NCBI GenBank assembly: GCA_965215015.1 | Contig: OZ244042.1 | Coordinates: 64,001 to 128,000, forward strand | Reading direction: 5' to 3' | DNA from: Candidatus Poribacteria bacterium | Lineage (GTDB): Bacteria > Poribacteria > WGA-4E > PCPOR2b | DNA length: 64,000 bases | Shown here: one piece after another, positions 59,405 through 64,000 of the stretch | How positions within the stretch are numbered: position 1 is the first letter of the stretch | How the letters are laid out: each line of letters starts with the position of its first letter | Translations under genes and position numbers: made by a program | Notes under the pieces: model-generated | Told to the model about the DNA's origin: nothing | What the model saw: the letters and a program-made list of their open reading frames with translations, nothing else | Databases searched by the model: none

Positions 59405-59653
59405 ATGGATTTTTGCCCATTCTATCGTGCATTATCACGATGTCTTGCACCCGAATTCAAGGAGATTTCCGAGTTTCTCGGTGTCCCTGTCAACACCGTC
59501 AAGGGCAAGTTACATCATACGCGTCAGCAAATTGGGAGGGCGTTGTCCGAACACCAGGGCAACCTTTTGAAAGCCCGGAGACAATCCTACAGCTTTAGCC
59601 GTGCGCCCAAAAGGAGATTCTTGTTGCATTCCGGACATGCAGCGCAAAAATAA
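59405..59653 (+). pseudogene. ECF sigma factor region-4 remnant
   Basis: FKEISEFLGVPVNTVKGKLHHTRQQ helix-turn-helix with no region 2. Confidence 0.65.
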
Positions 59654-59735
59654 ATAAGGATAAGGAGTAGGACACCCCGTTTTCAAACAATCATGTGTTT
59701 CTCCTTGCTGGATTGGGAGGTAGACTGAATCAGGA

Positions 59736-60914
59736 TTACTCAAAGACCTGAAACTCGCCATTTTTGACAATTAGTACAACCGGATCGTAAACCGCATCCC
59801 CGACACCATTAAAAGAAAACGCCCCCAAAACGGTGTCGAAATTTTTGGTATTTGCCAGTGCGTCCCGAATTGCGGTTGCATCGGTGGATTGGGCGTTGGC
59901 AATCGCTGCGGCGAGAATATAGACCGCGGCATACGACTGCGCGCTCCAAGGATTCGGCTCACCCCCATACATCGCTCGGTACTTCTGGATGAAGGCTTGA
60001 TTACCCGATGTGTCAACCGTACTTATCCAACCTGCAAAAGAGATTGCACCCTCGGCGGCAGTCCCCGCGTTTTCGACATCGCTTATCAGGCTACTGATAA
60101 AAGGAACCTCGGTGGATAGCCCAAGCTGGCGACCTTGGACCATAATTCCAGTCAACTCCGGTGGTAGTGCTGCGATAAAGAGGGCATCAGGATTTGCCTC
60201 CATTATCCGAACCAATTGGGTGGAAAAATCGGTATCACCACTTTGGAAGGTCTCTATAGTCAGAATCTCGACGCCGATTTCAGTAAGTGTGTCTCTGAAC
60301 TTTTCAGAGCTATCTATAGAGTAGGAATCAATTTCATCATATATGATTGCGACCCGTTGATAACCGAGTTTCGCATGTGTTGCCCTGACACCACCGGGGA
60401 GCAAGATATCCGTAGTCAACCCGGCGCGGAAGATAAAATCACCAAGCGCACTCAGACCAGAGGCATTTGACGAAGAACTAAAAGCCACAACTCCATTTTG
60501 TTGTGCGATTGGAAACGCCGCCTCGGCTTGACCTGAAGTTGTGGGGCCGAAGATAACAGGCACGCCATCCTGCTGAATCAGCTTGTTATAGGCTGCAACA
60601 GCCCCCTCAATGGTGCTCTGGTCGTCCTCGGTGATAAACTTGATTTTTACATCGCTGAGTTGCGAGCTGTTTACCTCCTCAAGCGCCAGCTCAAAACCAC
60701 GTTGTATCGGTAGAGCAAAACCAGCGAGCCGTCCCGTGACAGGGTAGACAAGGCCAATGGAAATCTTGAGCCCTTCCCTATGGGGTGGTGCAGAGACGAG
60801 AAGCTGCCCAATCTGGTCACAGGCAGAAAACCCCACAATCAGGGCAACAATCGCCGGTACAAACGCAAATGTGGTGAATCTTCTGATATTCATTTTTAAC
60901 CTCATTGGTTTCAT
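59736..60914 (-). CDS. Branched-chain amino acid-type ABC substrate-binding lipoprotein
   Basis: FSAC lipobox. IGLVYPVTG, RGFELALEEVN and GDTDFSTQL motifs. No permease genes adjacent. Confidence 0.88.
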   Translation of the reverse strand: MKPMRLKMNIRRFTTFAFVPAIVALIVGFSACDQIGQLLVSAPPHREGLKISIGLVYPVTGRLAGFALPIQRGFELALEEVNSSQLSDVKIKFITEDDQSTIEGAVAAYNKLIQQDGVPVIFGPTTSGQAEAAFPIAQQNGVVAFSSSSNASGLSALGDFIFRAGLTTDILLPGGVRATHAKLGYQRVAIIYDEIDSYSIDSSEKFRDTLTEIGVEILTIETFQSGDTDFSTQLVRIMEANPDALFIAALPPELTGIMVQGRQLGLSTEVPFISSLISDVENAGTAAEGAISFAGWISTVDTSGNQAFIQKYRAMYGGEPNPWSAQSYAAVYILAAAIANAQSTDATAIRDALANTKNFDTVLGAFSFNGVGDAVYDPVVLIVKNGEFQVFE

Positions 60915-61147
60915 CGGTGTGAAAGTCTTGGTTTACGTTCATTTTATCATAGGTAGTAACTTGACTTATTATATTTTATTTTTCTTTATAAGACAAACCT
61001 TTTTGCCAATGGCCCAGGCTTCGACTGACGATGTCCCAAGGCGTCCGTTGGGCATAGTGTATCTCAACTAACCGATCGCTGGCGGTACGATGCTTGATAG
61101 TCGTTAGACGATATGTTATACTGTCGTTTGCATATAAAAAGGAGGAT

Positions 61148-62041
61148 ATGAAAAAAATGTTAAGTCCCAACATGAGCAGTAACCAAGTTTCCACAACAGC
61201 ATCGCTTCAGCCGATGGGATTCACGGATATCTTGGACACAATATTGAGCCTCTATCGGAGCCATTACCGACTGGTTTTAGGCCTCTGCGCTGTTTATTTT
61301 ATTTTAACGTTAGGGATGAACCTCCTCACAGGTATTTCAACGCTTTTCTTTCAAAATTTCGGCGGAGGGAACATAATGATTGTAAAGAATCCCGCCGCCG
61401 ACTGGATTACCATGTTGGTAGTGCTTTTCCCCATAGGTGCACTCGTGTTTGCCAGTGCCCAAGCCTACTTGGGTGGTCACATCACCGTTGATGCTGCATT
61501 CAAACAGGTTGCACGCAGGTTTTTGCCCTACCTTGGAAGTTCTCTGCTTTTGATGTTAACTATCGGGTTATTGGCAATAACCATCATCGGTATTCCGTTC
61601 GCCATCTACTTTGGAACGCGGTGGAGTTTCTACGCACAAGCGGTCCTGATTGAGGAAACATCAGCGACAAATGCGCTGAAACGCAGCCGTGAATTGGTCA
61701 GAGGCACGTGGTGGCGTATCTTTGGTACTATATTGGCGATTTTTCTGATCGCTTTCATGATCAAAACTGTGCTTCAATTCTTTCTATTATTCGCGTTTGG
61801 TTTCACGCAAGCGATAAGTGGTGAAGAGGGTCTGCTAGAAATGTTTCGACGTATGTTTGAGCCGGAGCTGACCAGTTGGGCCGGGTTAGTTACTTACATT
61901 ATTCAGAGTTGCCTCAACCACTTTGTCGCTAGCCTGATACTGCCACTAACATCGGTCGGTATCACGCTTCTCTACTTCGACCAGCGTATTCGGAAAGAGG
62001 GATTTGGTACTGAGATACGCGTAATCAACGAAGCAGAATGA
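61148..62041 (+). CDS. Integral membrane protein, paralogue of 31683-32480
   Basis: LQPMGFTDILD, ALKRSRELVRGTWWR and LYFDQRIRKEGF motifs. GGAGG RBS. Confidence 0.82.
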   Translation: MKKMLSPNMSSNQVSTTASLQPMGFTDILDTILSLYRSHYRLVLGLCAVYFILTLGMNLLTGISTLFFQNFGGGNIMIVKNPAADWITMLVVLFPIGALVFASAQAYLGGHITVDAAFKQVARRFLPYLGSSLLLMLTIGLLAITIIGIPFAIYFGTRWSFYAQAVLIEETSATNALKRSRELVRGTWWRIFGTILAIFLIAFMIKTVLQFFLLFAFGFTQAISGEEGLLEMFRRMFEPELTSWAGLVTYIIQSCLNHFVASLILPLTSVGITLLYFDQRIRKEGFGTEIRVINEAE

Positions 62042-62060
62042 GTTTTATGGGTAAAATTTA

Positions 62061-62346
62061 AGGGAATAAGTCGTTACTGGTTTTTAATAAAACGTAGGGA
62101 CGTAAGGGGGCTAAGAGGTAAAAAAAAGAAAACAAGAAAGCGACAGAACCGGCTTCCCGTTTTCCCTTCGTAAAGGAAGGTTCCGGTTTTGTTTTTTCGT
62201 ATCTCTCCCGATGAAACCATGAATCCACGATGCGATAAGCATTCCCTTTGGAGGGCAACCGAATCGGGACTTGCGCCCCCCTGCTTGCGGGGGAGGGGGT
62301 AAGGAGGGGCGACTTTGCGTTAAATTCAGAGAAAAGCCCCTATCTA
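62061..62346 (-). repeat. Dispersed repeat family A copy
   Basis: Reverse complement of 10611-11005, with a differently placed REP insertion. Confidence 0.8.
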
Positions 62347-62505
62347 CTTATTGCGAAATTTAATGCAAAGCGCGCAGCGTTTTCTGTATTGTTCAGCGAA
62401 GTACCTTACACTTTCCGCCCCTTGATTCTTAGGACCACCCCTAAATTCGTAAATTGAAGGGATATTGTGAGAAATATCCGATTATCACATCAACAGTAAA
62501 GGAAA

Positions 62506-63576
62506 ATGACCATGTCTACGCCAAGCTTTAAGTCGATCGAGCCCTTGACAACAGACCAGATTGTGCAATTTAAACGGGACGGATTCTTAGTTCTCAACGG
62601 AGTTCTCGACCCTGAGCTCTGCCGCCAAGCACGTGACGAAATGTGGGGGGTAATTCAAGCCCACCTCCCACGTATGAAAAGGGATGATCCTGCCACATGG
62701 GGTCCTATCACTGAGGAGGAAAGTGCTCAGCTGCAGCAACGTCCCGAAGAGGGAGGCGACCCGTATTTCAGCGGCAATGGACACCGCTTCACAGTCCGTA
62801 ATGGGGCGTCAGAATTGATGCTGAACCTAGCCCCCCGCGCCCTTTGGCACGTTGCCGAACAACTTCTTGGGAAGGGGACAGTGGTGTGGCCCGCTGGGTT
62901 TGACGAGTCAGGCTATACGACCGGCCCGTGCTTTATGTGTGATGATGCTGTAGGAGGGCTTAATTCCCATGTGGGACACTTGATGGGTTGGCCCTCGGAG
63001 GGCACCTTCACGACCGAGCCTGAGCTGCGCTTACCCAAAACCGGACCGGTGTGGCTCAATGGGCAGGGAACGCGCGGATTATATTGCACCCTACCAAACA
63101 GCCAGTCTCATGCTCCCCATTACCACGGTGCCCACTCCGACGGTGCGTGCTACGGACGGTGGAGGCTGCAGATGTCAGCCTACATTTCCGATGTGCCGCC
63201 CAACTCTGGTGGATTTACCGTGTGGCCCGGGAGTCACGCTCGGATTTGGCCCGAACAGTGGAAGGCTTTCAAGGAGGGTGAGAAACACACAGACAAACAT
63301 TTAGCACTACGCAAGGCGGGCGGTTATACTGACCCGGTCATTGGGGAGATTAAAGCGGATACCCAACCGTTCGATTGCCATGGTCCCACCGGTACTGTGG
63401 TGTTGTGGCACACCAAAATTCTGCACATCGCAGGGCAGAACGCTTCTAACAACGTTATCCGCCAAGCAACAATCTACGGCTTTAAGAAAACGCCTGAGTC
63501 GCTCCCCGACGCACTCGTAGTGGACAACACAGATGGCGACATCTGGCGGGATTGGTCCGGTGAGGTGCGTACGTAA
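62506..63576 (+). CDS. Phytanoyl-CoA dioxygenase (PhyH) family protein
   Basis: LTTDQIVQFKRDGFL, AHSD, GGFTVWPGSH and GTVVLWH..LH motifs. Confidence 0.85.
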   Translation: MTMSTPSFKSIEPLTTDQIVQFKRDGFLVLNGVLDPELCRQARDEMWGVIQAHLPRMKRDDPATWGPITEEESAQLQQRPEEGGDPYFSGNGHRFTVRNGASELMLNLAPRALWHVAEQLLGKGTVVWPAGFDESGYTTGPCFMCDDAVGGLNSHVGHLMGWPSEGTFTTEPELRLPKTGPVWLNGQGTRGLYCTLPNSQSHAPHYHGAHSDGACYGRWRLQMSAYISDVPPNSGGFTVWPGSHARIWPEQWKAFKEGEKHTDKHLALRKAGGYTDPVIGEIKADTQPFDCHGPTGTVVLWHTKILHIAGQNASNNVIRQATIYGFKKTPESLPDALVVDNTDGDIWRDWSGEVRT

Positions 63577-63912
63577 CCGTTGACTTCAGTTAGGAGAATT
63601 TAGATATAGGGTAAGAGAGTATTCCTCGCCGCCCGGCCAGCCGGTTCGCAAGAATGAAGGTGTGGCGGGTTGTCCTTTCGGTAACTTGAATTATGTGCCA
63701 TGTTCAATTACTTCCCTCAACGGTGCTGTGGTAAGTATCTCCTTTCGATCGGTTCGTTCTGAAAGATTGAAGAATAGGACCTACGCAAGGATTATCAAAC
63801 CGATTTTAATAGTGAAAAGATATCCTTCAAACTGAATGACCCCAATAAGAGCTTACCCTCACCGTTTCCTGTATTTAAGTCGTGGGCAATATTTAGGGAG
63901 GAGGAACACTTC

Positions 63913-64000
63913 GATTAGCATATACAGGTGAACCCGACAGAACTATACACCTACCCAGAGGTTGTTGTTTGTAATGAACCATGCTTTGAGGAGGGGAGCT
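63913..64000 (+). pseudogene. Uma2 (DUF820) endonuclease-like fragment running off the window
   Basis: D-stop-HIQVNPTELYTYPEVVVCNEPCFE resembles the Uma2 motif DMRV.V...LYTYPDV.VVCGEP.FE. Confidence 0.5.

Overview
Bacterial chromosome segment of about 50% GC, most likely Candidatus Poribacteria or a relative. This is an inference from the LLQNYPNPFNPETWIPYQL FlgD-like C-terminal domain, several PhyH dioxygenases, Gfo/Idh/MocA oxidoreductases, enolases and a BatA/vWA protein. It holds a Tro-type Mn/Zn ABC operon interrupted by a large secreted HEXXH protein, sugar-acid catabolic genes, trpA, gltX, glnS and htrA. A roughly 21-kb minus-strand run carries 6 tRNAs (including all four Ser isoacceptors), tadA, large SRP RNA, dnaX-ybaB-recR, decayed xisHI, mnmG-rsmG, a sigma-less partner-switching module and a catalytically degenerate AccD paralogue. 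Intergenic DNA is built from nested REP hairpins and several miniature element families, including an internally deleted IS701-like element and a broken tnpB. The most striking structures are a 254-bp tandem array of about 6 units (23.7-25.3 kb) assembled from these dispersed modules, and the AccD pseudo-enzyme at the end of the partner-switching run. No CRISPR array, prophage or integrase is visible. All protein assignments come from motif recognition by eye, not database searches.
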